Of a stretch of 64,000 bases of DNA, positions 21,431-30,773 are shown in pieces. A program made the position numbers and the translations under genes. The stretch is from Nitrospirota bacterium (lineage in GTDB: Bacteria > Nitrospirota > UBA9217). Position 1 is the first letter of the stretch. Every line of letters starts with the position of its first letter. The notes beneath the pieces are model-generated. The model did not search any database, was not told the origin of the DNA, and worked only from the letters and a program-made list of their open reading frames with translations. The stretch lies in the NCBI GenBank assembly GCA_963749655.1, contig CAVVOB010000014.1:167452-231451 (forward strand). The letters are read 5' to 3'.

Positions 21431-22724
21431 ATGAAGATCATCGATTCACAGCAGCAGGACATTCTGACCGGAGCTCAAGCGCATCATCAACCGGGGCGAA
21501 ACCGCGACGGAAGAAGTCGCCCTTGCGGTCAAAGAAGTCGTCGAAGCCGTACGCAAGCAGGGCGATCCCGCAGTGCTCGAATTCACCGAGAAGTTCGACA
21601 AGGTGAAGCTGACGCATAAGGACATGAAGGTCTCCCCTGAGGAGATCAGGGACGCCTACTCCAAGGTAGAAACGAAAAAAGTCGAGGCCCTCAAGCTCGC
21701 TGCCCAGAACATCCGGGCTTTCCATGAGAAGCAGAAACTGAGCTCCTGGGTCAGCCAGGAAGCCGACGGTGTGATACTGGGCCAGCTCGCGCGGCCGATC
21801 AGGAGCGCCGGCATCTACGTCCCCGGCGGAAAGGCCTGCTACCCGTCGTCGGTGCTCATGAACGTGATCCCGGCGAAGGTGGCGGGCGTGGAGCAGCTAA
21901 TCATGTGCTCTCCCGCGCCGGGCGGCAACCTCAACCCCTACATTCTCGTGGCTGCGGACATCGCCGGCGTGAGCGAGATCTACAAGATCGGCGGCGCCCA
22001 GGCGGTCGCGGCCATGGCCTACGGCACCGCGACGATCCCGAAAGTGGACAAGATCGTCGGTCCCGGCAATATCTACGTGGCCACGGCAAAGCGGTACGTC
22101 TTCGGCCAGGTGGACATCGACATGATCGCCGGACCGAGCGAGATTCTCGTCATCGCCGACGACTCGGCAAACCCCGAATTCGTCGCCTCCGACCTGCTGT
22201 CGCAGGCGGAGCACGACGAGCTCGCCTCGTCGATCCTCGTGACGACGTCGCGCGACATCGCCGCAAAGGTGGATGCCGAGGTCGAGCGGCAGCTTGCGAA
22301 CCTGTCGCGAAAAGAGATCGCCCGCAAGGCCATCGACCGCTTCGGCGCCATCATCGTCGTCGCCGATCTTCAGCAGGCAGCCGAAGTGTCGAATTCCATT
22401 GCGCCGGAGCACCTCGAGCTTGCGGTGGAAAAGCCCTTCGAGCTTCTCGCGCACATCAGGAACGCAGGCGCCATCTTTCTGGGACATTTCACGCCCGAAT
22501 CGGTGGGCGACTACATCGCCGGTCCGAACCACGTGCTTCCCACGGGCGGCACGGCCCGGTTCTTCTCGCCCCTTTCCACCGACAGCTTCATGAAGAAATC
22601 GAGCCTCATCTTCTACACGCGGGAAGGCCTGGACAAGGTCGGCGAGGCGGTGATGCAGATCGCCGATGTCGAAGGGCTCGAAGCGCACGGTAATACGATC
22701 AGGCTCAGGATGACGAAAAAGTAA
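21431..22724 (+). CDS. hisD: Histidinol dehydrogenase (frame break near 21465)
   Basis: GIYVPGG, GGAQAVAA, GPGNIYV, AGPSE, DLLSQAEHD, APEHL, GPNHVLPT. Confidence 0.95.
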
Positions 22725-22729
22725 TTTCT

Positions 22730-22876
22730 AACCACAGATGAACACGGGTGCGGCTTTTTCCGCACTCACAGATGGAGCTTTCAGAAATGATCAAAAGAAG
22801 CGGCAGATTGATAAATCCACACTTCACCGTGTTCATCCGTGGTTCAATGCGATGTTATCTGTGTTAACCAGTGGTT
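22730..22876. repeat. Inverted-repeat element(s) of 9-mer units
   Basis: aaccacagatgaacacggg ... accgtgttcatccgtggtt, plus a second right arm atctgtgttaaccagtggtt. Confidence 0.75.
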
Positions 22877-22904
22877 ATTAAATTTTTTTATAAGGAGAGG
22901 TACA

Positions 22905-23825
22905 ATGCCTCCAAAATCGAAAGTCAAAGCCTCAAAGACCATGGTTGCTTCCAACCAAAAGCTCAAGCTCGGCCTTCCCAAGGGGAGCCTGCAGGAGTCG
23001 ACCTTCAAGCTCTTCGGCAAGGCCGGCTACCGCGTGCAGGTCAGCTCGCGAAGCTACTATCCGACCATCGACGATCCGGACATCAGCTGCATCATGGTCA
23101 GGGCGCAGGAAATGGCCCGGTACGTGGACAACGGCATCTTCGACGTGGGTCTCACGGGCAAGGACTGGATCCTGGAGCAGAACGCCGACGTGGTGGAGGT
23201 CGCGGAGCTGCGGTATGCCAAGGGCGGCCTGAACCCGGTACGGTGGGTCGTGGCCGTGCCCGAGGACTCCAAGATCAAGTCAGTCAAGGACCTCAAGGGC
23301 AAGCGCATCGCCACGGAGCTTGTGGGGTACACGAAGCGCTATCTGAAATCAAAGGGTGTGACCGCTGATGTCGAATTCTCCTGGGGAGCCACGGAAGTAA
23401 AACCGCCGCAGCTCGCGGACGCCATCGTTGAGTTGACCGAGACGGGCAGTTCGCTGAAAGCCAACAAGCTCCGTATCGTGGAAGTGATGCTCGAATCCAC
23501 CACCCGCCTCGTCGCGAACAAGAAAGCCTGGCAGGACCCGTGGAAGCGGAAGAAGATCGAGAACATGGCCATGCTGCTCCAGGGAGCGCTCGCGGCCGAG
23601 GAAAAGGTCGGCCTCAAGATGAATGTGCCGAAAAAGGCGCTCAAGGACATCTGCGGCATCCTGCCGGCCATGCACTCTCCCACGATCTCTCATCAGGCCG
23701 ATCCCGCCTGGGTGAGCCTGGAGGTCATGCTCGACGAAAAGCAGGCCCGGGACCTGATCCCGCGGCTGAAGCGACGGGGAGCCTCGGGGATCATCGAGTA
23801 TCCCCTGAACAAGGTGATACCGTAA
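22905..23825 (+). CDS. hisG: ATP phosphoribosyltransferase, long form
   Basis: [36 protein letters not shown]-terminal regulatory domain; AGGAGAGG RBS. Confidence 0.95.
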   Translation: MPPKSKVKASKTMVASNQKLKLGLPKGSLQESTFKLFGKAGYRVQVSSRSYYPTIDDPDISCIMVRAQEMARYVDNGIFDVGLTGKDWILEQNADVVEVAELRYAKGGLNPVRWVVAVPEDSKIKSVKDLKGKRIATELVGYTKRYLKSKGVTADVEFSWGATEVKPPQLADAIVELTETGSSLKANKLRIVEVMLESTTRLVANKKAWQDPWKRKKIENMAMLLQGALAAEEKVGLKMNVPKKALKDICGILPAMHSPTISHQADPAWVSLEVMLDEKQARDLIPRLKRRGASGIIEYPLNKVIP

Positions 23826-23833
23826 CAGACATG

Positions 23834-23864
23834 AAAGGCGGCCCGATGGCCGCCTTTTGTATTT
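23834..23864 (+). terminator. Terminator after hisG (possibly bidirectional)
   Basis: aaaggcggcc-cgat-ggccgccttt followed by tgtattt. Confidence 0.75.
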
Positions 23865-23878
23865 CCGGGTTTCAACCT

Positions 23879-23966
23879 CGTAGGTCGGGCTGAACGGTTC
23901 AGGTGAATCCCGACGCTTCACAATCAGTGATGTTGGGCACGATGAACCTTTTTTGACCGACCTACG
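23879..23966. repeat. GTAG-type REP doublet
   Basis: cgtaggtcgg ... ccgacctacg inverted ends with internal palindrome. Confidence 0.7.
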
Positions 23967-23997
23967 GAGTTCGACTAATTTTCATCGACTAAAGAGT

Positions 23998-24612
23998 CTA
24001 TTTTATTAATTGCCATCTAACCCCATCAAATTTGACAGGTATAAAATCTTTATTTTCATAAACACCCGCTTGCCCATCTTTAGATACTGAATCGTACCAC
24101 CGTCCGTTTAACCAAATTTGTGCATGCTTATTATCAGGAAGAGACAACTTCAGATCGGGCTGCCCATCCATATTAAAATCAGCCACTTCACCTGATAAAG
24201 AACCTTTATCGTCAAAAGTCTTGTAAGATATTTTATGAAACAAACCATTCTTATCCTGATCCTGAAGAGTAAAAATAACTTTAGAAGAATCGTCCTGTAA
24301 TTTTTCACTGAACAAATTCAGCCCAAAGCCATCCTGAAAAATGAGAAAAGGCCCCTTTTCTGTCCAGATAAATAAAGTATCACTGCTGCCCTCCGCAGGA
24401 ACAGCAATCTTATAGAATCCCAAATTGCATATCTTCGCCTTCTTGATCCAGTCGCCTCCCAGTAGCTGCATGATTTTCGCTTCCTCTTTAGTTCGACCTT
24501 GCGACAAGTCTCCAATAACGCAGTCTGGGCCTGCGGTGACAGCGTAGGGGAAAAACACCCCAAGAGCACTGATTAATGAAGTCGCGGCAATGATATGTTT
24601 TACAAATTTCAT
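23998..24612 (-). CDS. AT-rich exported hypothetical protein
   Basis: Signal peptide-like N-terminus, GGAGG RBS, DQDKNG and DFNMDGQPD acidic loops; antisense to the his genes. Confidence 0.75.
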   Translation of the reverse strand: MKFVKHIIAATSLISALGVFFPYAVTAGPDCVIGDLSQGRTKEEAKIMQLLGGDWIKKAKICNLGFYKIAVPAEGSSDTLFIWTEKGPFLIFQDGFGLNLFSEKLQDDSSKVIFTLQDQDKNGLFHKISYKTFDDKGSLSGEVADFNMDGQPDLKLSLPDNKHAQIWLNGRWYDSVSKDGQAGVYENKDFIPVKFDGVRWQLIK

Positions 24613-24713
24613 TTTATTTACCTCCAACAACCACTATTCGATATGACTTACGGTAGCATACATCAGTAGAAGTGGTCAACATTTTACTACAACACCTGAT
24701 ACCTCCGTCGTTG

Positions 24714-24803
24714 GTCATTCCGAAGAAGCAACACGACTGAAAAATCTTGCTCGAACCATGCCGGGAGCTTGAAATAAAGATTTCTCGCTTTGCTCGAAAT
24801 GAC
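24714..24803. repeat. GTCATT...AATGAC palindromic repeat element
   Basis: gtcattccga...aaatct / agattt...tcgaaatgac; related to 28343..28416. Confidence 0.65.
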
Positions 24804-24926
24804 AGCGACAGGCGAATCCGCGATGACTGTTGATGATGCCTCTCCCCCTACAAAATAGCCTTTTCAACCGCCAAAACCCGCAATTTTCCCTTGTACCATA
24901 CGGCTGATTCTTGTATAGTGCAGAAT

Positions 24927-26003
24927 ATGCCGATAAAGAAATCAAAAGACATCCTGTCGCTCATCAAGCCCAACGTGCGCAAGCTCGCAGCCTATCATGT
25001 GGACGAGACACCGGTTCGCATCAAGCTTGACGCCATGGAGAACCCTTTTCCCCTGCCGGAGAAGGTGAGCAACGACGTTGCGAATGCAGTCAAGAAATCG
25101 CTGATCAACCGCTACCCCGATCCCTCGGGCAAGGAGTTGAAAAAAGCGATCGCTTCCTACTGGAAAATGAAACCGGGCCAGATGCTTCTGGGCAATGGTT
25201 CGGACGAGCTGATCCAGGCGATCGTCCTTGCTTTCGGCGGGCCGGTGCTCGTTCCTGCACCGACCTTTGCCATGTACGACATCACCGCGCGGGCGCTGGG
25301 GCAGAACGTCGTAACCGTGCCGCTCGATAACGCGTTCGACCTCGACACCGATGCTATGATCAAAAAAGCGAAGTCATCACGAACCAGGGTGATCTTTCTC
25401 GCTTGCCCGAATAATCCCACTGGCAACAGATTCCCGGACAAGGCAATCAGGAAAATCCTGGCAAACACGAACGCTGCCGTGATCATCGACGAGGCATACT
25501 ATAGTTTCTCCGGCAAGTCCTATCTCAAGGACCTGAAGAAGTATCCCAACATGATCATTCTCCGCACGCTTTCGAAGATAGGCTTTGCCGGACTCCGGAT
25601 CGGCGTGCTGGTCGCTTCCGAGAGCATTGTTAATGAGCTGAACAAGATCAGGCTGCCTTACAATATAAACAGCCTATCCCAGGCCGTCGCTGTTGCCGGA
25701 ATGAAGCACCGGGATATCGTGGACCGCCAGATTTCCCTGTTGATTTCGGAACGCGAAAAGCTCTATAATCGGCTCCTGGCGCTGGAAGGCGTAATGCCCT
25801 ATCCTTCTGAAACCAATTTTTTGTTGGTCAGAACGAGAGGGGATGCATCGAAGATCCACAAAAAACTGAAGCAGGCAGGCATCCTCGTCAAGAACCTGGA
25901 CAAACCGGGACCGCTCAAGAGCTGCCTGCGCGTCACTATCGGCACGCCGGAAGAGAACAACGAGTTCTTCAGAGTGTTCAAGAATCTATCGGCCACGAAT
26001 TAA
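24927..26003 (+). CDS. hisC: Histidinol-phosphate aminotransferase
   Basis: NRYPDP, GNGSDELI, PNNPTG, DEAY, RTLSK, LRVTIGT. Confidence 0.95.
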   Translation: MPIKKSKDILSLIKPNVRKLAAYHVDETPVRIKLDAMENPFPLPEKVSNDVANAVKKSLINRYPDPSGKELKKAIASYWKMKPGQMLLGNGSDELIQAIVLAFGGPVLVPAPTFAMYDITARALGQNVVTVPLDNAFDLDTDAMIKKAKSSRTRVIFLACPNNPTGNRFPDKAIRKILANTNAAVIIDEAYYSFSGKSYLKDLKKYPNMIILRTLSKIGFAGLRIGVLVASESIVNELNKIRLPYNINSLSQAVAVAGMKHRDIVDRQISLLISEREKLYNRLLALEGVMPYPSETNFLLVRTRGDASKIHKKLKQAGILVKNLDKPGPLKSCLRVTIGTPEENNEFFRVFKNLSATN

Positions 26004-26151
26004 CAGGGATTGACACAGACTGAAAATAAGAGGGACGTTCAATTCGTGCAAATTCGTGAAATTCGTGGCAAAGAAAATCTTTCAGAATCTTTAAGAATCT
26101 ATTAGCCACGAATTATTACGAATTAAAATATTGACGTGAACAATTCGAGGC
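25992..26151. repeat. Two tandem 9-mer inverted-repeat elements
   Basis: gccacgaatt...aattcgtgcaaattcgtgaaattcgtggc (25992-26069, overlaps the hisC stop) and gccacgaatt...aattcgaggc (26105-26151), each preceded by aagaatctat. Confidence 0.75.
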
Positions 26152-26166
26152 AAAAAGGAATCATCA

Positions 26167-26757
26167 ATGGCCCGCAAAGCAACGATCGAACGCAAGACTA
26201 AAGAAACGGACATCAAGATAGCCCTGGACCTCGACGGGACGGGCCAATACAGCATCAAGACGTCGGTCCCTTTCATGGACCACATGTTCTCGCACATCGC
26301 GAAACACGGTTTTTTCGATCTCACGATCAAGGCGAAGGGCGACATCGAGATCGACGACCACCACACGGTCGAGGACCTGGGCATAGCCTTCGGCCAGGCG
26401 CTCAAGAAGGCCCTCGGCGACAGCAAAGGCATCAGGCGCTACGGAGATGCGACCGTGCCCATGGACGAGACCCTGGCACAGGTGGTAATGGATCTGTCCG
26501 GCAGGCCGTATTTAAAGTACACTGTCGAGCTGCCGAAAAAATACAAGCTGAAGAGCTTCGACCCCGGCCTTGCCGAGGATTTCTTCCAGTCTGTTGCGAA
26601 CCATGCAGGGATGAACCTCCATATCCGCCTCCATTACGGCCGCGACGTTCACCATATGCTCGAAGGGATCTTCAAGGCCTTCGGCCGCGCCCTGGACCAG
26701 GCCACGAGCCTCGATCCCAGGATCAAGGGCGTGCTCTCGACCAAGGGAAAAATCTAA
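26167..26757 (+). CDS. hisB: Imidazoleglycerol-phosphate dehydratase
   Basis: [29 protein letters not shown]. Confidence 0.97.
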   Translation: MARKATIERKTKETDIKIALDLDGTGQYSIKTSVPFMDHMFSHIAKHGFFDLTIKAKGDIEIDDHHTVEDLGIAFGQALKKALGDSKGIRRYGDATVPMDETLAQVVMDLSGRPYLKYTVELPKKYKLKSFDPGLAEDFFQSVANHAGMNLHIRLHYGRDVHHMLEGIFKAFGRALDQATSLDPRIKGVLSTKGKI

Positions 26758-26761
26758 AAGA

Positions 26762-26825
26762 CGTGAAAGGTGAAAAGTGAGCAGTAAGGGGACTTCTTCT
26801 CACGCTTTACTTCTCACGTTTCACG
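26762..26825. repeat. Inverted-repeat element of 7-mer units
   Basis: cgtgaaa ggtgaaa agtgagc agtaagg ... tctcacg ctttact tctcacg tttcacg. Confidence 0.75.
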
Positions 26826-26834
26826 GTATTGGAC

Positions 26835-27477
26835 ATGATCGCCATCATCGACTACGGAATGGGAAATTTACGGAGCGTTCAGAAGGGCTTCGAGCGCATG
26901 GGCCGCGAGGCGGTTGTCACCGGCGACCCGCACACGATCCTGAGCGCGTCAAAGGTCGTGCTGCCCGGCGTGGGCGCCTTCCCCGACTGCATGAGGAACC
27001 TGCAGGAATACGGCCTCATCGACGCGGTGCAGAAAAGCATCCAGTCGGGAAAGCCTTTTCTCGGCATCTGTCTCGGGCTCCAGCTCCTTTTCACGGAGAG
27101 CGAGGAATTCGGGATCTCGAAAGGCCTGGATATCATCAAGGGCCGCGTCGTCCGCTTCAAAGGATCCTGAATTCGAAACTCAAAACTCAAAACTCGAAAC
27201 TGTCTCAAGGTTCCCCACATGGGCTGGAACTCGGTTTCGATCAAACGTCGTGCGCCCGCGCTTGCAGACGTGCCTGACGGGAGCCATTTTTACTTTGTCC
27301 ATTCCTTCCACGTCGTGCCCGAGGACAAAAGCGTCATCGCCACGACCACGGAGTACGGCGCCGAGTTCGTTTCGAGCATCTGGAAGGACAACATCTTCGC
27401 GTCCCAGTTCCATCCCGAAAAGAGCCAGGCGCTTGGGGCTGTCGATTTTGAAGAGGTTTGGAGAAATGAAAGGATAG
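26835..27477 (+). CDS. hisH: IGP synthase glutaminase subunit (stop at 27168 and frame break near 27435, probably errors; 7-mer repeat in a loop)
   Basis: DYGMGNL, LPGVGAF, GICLGLQ, KVPHMGWN, YFVHSF, QFHPEKS. Confidence 0.92.
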
Positions 27478-27479
27478 AG

Positions 27480-27562
27480 CGTGAACCCGTAAGGTGTAAG
27501 GGTAAGGAGTAAGGAGAAAAATCCTGCCCTTCCCCCTCACTCCTCACGCCTAACGCCTCACG
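27480..27562. repeat. Inverted-repeat element of 7-mer units
   Basis: cgtgaac cgtaagg tgtaagg gtaagg agtaagg ... cctcact cctcacg cctaacg cctcacg. Confidence 0.75.
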
Positions 27563-27572
27563 GAACTACACG

Positions 27573-28319
27573 ATGCTCATCATTCCCGCTATCGATTTAA
27601 AAGAAGGCAAATGCGTCCGGCTCCAGCAAGGGCTCATGGACAAGGCAACAGTCTACTCCGACGACCCGGGGACCACGGCCAGACACTGGGAGTCCCAGGG
27701 AGCGGAGCTGCTGCACGTCGTTGATCTGAACGGCGCCTTTGCGGGCGTGCCGAAGAACCTCGACGCGATCAAGGCGATTCGCGGGGCGATCAAGATCCCC
27801 ATCGAAGTCGGCGGCGGCATCCGCGATATGGCCACCATCGAAACGCTCGTCGCCATCGGCATCGACCGGATCATCCTGGGGACCGCGGCGATCGAGAACC
27901 CCGACTTTGTCCGGGAAGCCTGCAAAAAGTTCCCGGGCAGGATCATCGTCGGCATCGACGCCAAGGAAGGCATGGTCGCGATCAAGGGCTGGGCAGAAGT
28001 GACGAAGGTAAAGGCCGTCGACCTCGCCATCCGGATGCAGGAGCACGGCGTCATTGCGATCATCTACACGGACATCAAGCGCGACGGCATGCTCTCGGGG
28101 CCCAACATCGAGGCCACGCGGGACCTGGCCAAGGCGCTCCATATCCCCGTAATCGCATCGGGCGGCGTCCACACCATGAAGGACATCGAGAACCTGCTGA
28201 CGGTGCGGCATGCCGGCGTGAGCGGGGTGATCACGGGCAAAGCGATCTACAGCGGTTCGCTCGACCTGAAAGAAGCAATCACTTTCGTCAAGATGAACGA
28301 TAATCGCTGCGCGAGATAA
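27573..28319 (+). CDS. hisA: ProFAR isomerase
   Basis: IPAIDL..GKCVRL.QG, LHVVDL, GGGIR, TDI.RDG, IASGG. Confidence 0.96.
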   Translation: MLIIPAIDLKEGKCVRLQQGLMDKATVYSDDPGTTARHWESQGAELLHVVDLNGAFAGVPKNLDAIKAIRGAIKIPIEVGGGIRDMATIETLVAIGIDRIILGTAAIENPDFVREACKKFPGRIIVGIDAKEGMVAIKGWAEVTKVKAVDLAIRMQEHGVIAIIYTDIKRDGMLSGPNIEATRDLAKALHIPVIASGGVHTMKDIENLLTVRHAGVSGVITGKAIYSGSLDLKEAITFVKMNDNRCAR

Positions 28320-28342
28320 CAGTAAACATCCCCATTCCCGAT

Positions 28343-28416
28343 CGTCATTCCTGAGAAGGCAGGAATCCAGTGTCTCACAAAGAATCCCTGGATTCCGGTC
28401 CAGGCCCGGAATGACG
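28343..28416. repeat. GTCATTCC...GGAATGAC palindromic repeat element
   Basis: cgtcattcctgagaaggcaggaatccag ... ctggattccggtccaggcccggaatgacg. Confidence 0.75.
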
Positions 28417-28435
28417 GCATAAAAGAGAATAACAA

Positions 28436-29296
28436 ATGCTAACCAAACGCATCATTCCCTGCCTCGACGTAAAAGGCGGCCGGGTCGTCAAGGGCGTCAG
28501 CTTCGTGAACCTGCGCGACGCGGGCGATCCCGTGGAGATCGCGAAAGCCTACGACGAGCAGGGCGCCGACGAGCTCACCTTCCTCGACATCACCGCATCC
28601 CATGAGGAGCGCGGCATCATCCTCGACGTGGTGCGCAGGACCGCCGAGCAGGTCTTCATGCCCCTCACCGTGGGCGGCGGCATCAAGGTGCTCGACGACA
28701 TCAGAAACCTGCTCCTGGCCGGCGCGGACAAGGTCTCGATCAACACCACCGCGGTCCACGACCCCGAATTCATCAAGTCCGCGTCGCTCCGTTTCGGCAG
28801 CCAGTGCATCGTCGTGGCGATCGACGCCAAGCGCGTCGTAGCCCATGATCCCGACTTCAAACCGCCCCTCACCTGGGCCGACGACCCGAAGTATCAGAAG
28901 CTCTTTTTCTTCCGACTCCGCACTCCGCATTCCGAACTCCGCACTGCCCCCTGGGAGGTCTACACCCACGGCGGCAGAAAACCCATGGGCATCGATGCCG
29001 TGGCCTGGGCGCGCAAGATGGAGGAATACGGCGCAGGGGAGATCCTTCTGACGAGCATGAACCAGGACGGGCAGAAGACCGGCTACGACCTGGAGCTTAC
29101 GCGGACCGTCTCGGAAGCGGTCACCATCCCCGTGATCGCCTCGGGCGGGGTCGGGAACCTGGAGCACATTTATGACGGGTTCGTGAAAGGCAAGGCGGAC
29201 GCCGCGCTTGCGGCTTCGATCTTCCACTTCAAGGAATATACCATCAGGCAGGCGAAAGAGTATTTGAGGGACCGCAACGTCCCGGTGCGGTTGTAG
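28436..29296 (+). CDS. hisF: IGP synthase cyclase subunit with ~30-aa loop insertion
   Basis: [44 protein letters not shown]. Confidence 0.96.
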   Translation: MLTKRIIPCLDVKGGRVVKGVSFVNLRDAGDPVEIAKAYDEQGADELTFLDITASHEERGIILDVVRRTAEQVFMPLTVGGGIKVLDDIRNLLLAGADKVSINTTAVHDPEFIKSASLRFGSQCIVVAIDAKRVVAHDPDFKPPLTWADDPKYQKLFFFRLRTPHSELRTAPWEVYTHGGRKPMGIDAVAWARKMEEYGAGEILLTSMNQDGQKTGYDLELTRTVSEAVTIPVIASGGVGNLEHIYDGFVKGKADAALAASIFHFKEYTIRQAKEYLRDRNVPVRL

Positions 29297-29328
29297 CCTT
29301 CACGTTAAAAACCAAACACTGCAGCTGG

Positions 29329-29442
29329 AACCACAGATGAACACTGATGAACGCAGATGGAGGAAAGTCAAAAGCTCCAGAATTTGTGACACTGCAATAC
29401 TGAAGTTTGTTTATCTGTGTTTATCCGTGTTCATCTGTGGTT
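29329..29442. repeat. Inverted-repeat element of 9-mer units
   Basis: aaccacagatgaacactgatgaacgcagat ... atctgtgtttatccgtgttcatctgtggtt. Confidence 0.85.
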
Positions 29443-29481
29443 AACTGCTTCGTTATAATGATTCCGAATTCCGCATTTCAA

Positions 29482-30466
29482 TTACACATAGTCTTCCCGC
29501 CGCACAATTCCCTGCAGCGGCTCTCCCCGCAGATACCGCTTTCACGTTCTCGACTGCCAGGCGGGTCCCTTTCTCGTTCATACCCGGAACGATCCCCGAA
29601 TTATGGGGCGATCCCAGCACGTTGGGCAGCGAAAAAAACGGGCGATTGATGCGAAATGCTCCGTGCGAAAACGGCTCAATCCACCAGGCGTCGATGCCCG
29701 CCATGAAGCCGGGATGTTCCACGAGGTGCTCGTACAGCGCCCCTTCGTCGATGATTGCGCCCCGCGCCACGTTGATCAGGATGGCATCCGGCTTCATCCA
29801 GTCGAGCTCCCGCCTGCCGATAAGGCCGCGCGTCGCCTTCGTGAGCGGGAGGGATATGACCACGACATCCGAAGCGGCCAGCACCGTGCGGAGGTGCGCC
29901 ACGGTCCCGACGAACGCCACGGGATCCCCCGTCCGGCCGCTCGTATTCACGGCGTAGATCTCCATTCCCAGTGAGCGCATCAGCCCTGCCGTGGCCTTGC
30001 CGATGCCGCCGTACCCCAGGATGCCGCATATCTTGCCGCGCAGCAGGCGGTTGGGACGCGCCTGGTTGAACTCGCCCTTGCCGAGATTGCGGTGCTCCTG
30101 GACAAGGTTCTTTGCCAGCGCAAGGACCATGGCGAGGACGTGCTCCGCCATGGGCTCGGCGTAGGCGCCGACGTTGCTCGCGATCACGATGTCGGGCCGG
30201 AGCCCTGCATAGGGCACGGCATCCGCGCCTGCGGAAAGAAGTTGGATCAGGCGGACATTTTCAAGCAGGCCGAGTTCGCTCGGCCCGAGCTCCTTCGGAA
30301 TGTTCCAGGACAGGAGCACCCGGGCGTCGAGCAGCGTCTGCTGCCGCAGGCCCTCGGGCTGGTCCGTGAGATAGGACACTTTCACGCCTTCACCGAAGAG
30401 CTGCTTGATCAGCTGGCGGTTGGCCTCCTTCACCCTGTGCGTTATGACGACATGGGGCATTTCCAT
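29482..30466 (-). CDS. D-isomer-specific 2-hydroxyacid dehydrogenase (frame break near 29540)
   Basis: GILGYGGIG, LPLT..TRGLI, LINVARG, SPHNS; shifted frame gives the usual end KRYLRGEPLQGIVRREDYV. Confidence 0.88.
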
Positions 30467-30569
30467 CGACGGTCCGATTCCTTTTCTCTGTTGTCCGTGC
30501 TCCCGCGGTCCGAACCCGCTCTCTATCTATAAGTATACGACGGTTGCCGGACAGCGGCGCAGAAGGCCT

Positions 30570-30724
30570 GTGGAGCCTCCTCCGGCATCCCGACCTGTCG
30601 GGACTAAAGTTGACGCGACCTCCCGGAACTGCGAACTCGCGCATGCGTGACACATTCGTGTCACGTGCGAGTGAGCGCTTTCCACCCCCGGCAGGAGCCG
30701 GGGGATGCCAAGGCGCGGGATTGC
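30570..30724. repeat. Structured dispersed repeat, copy 1
   Basis: gtggagc...ggcgcgggattgc; near-identical copies at 36387 and 41707. Confidence 0.92.
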
Positions 30725-30773
30725 CGGACCTTTCTTCCTTTACATTCATACTTCAATATGCTAATAATTCCCC

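Noticed and set aside
27168-27170. In-frame TGA in hisH as selenocysteine
   Set aside because: It lies in a non-conserved loop, not at the catalytic Cys; no SECIS-like hairpin follows; two compensating indels explain it
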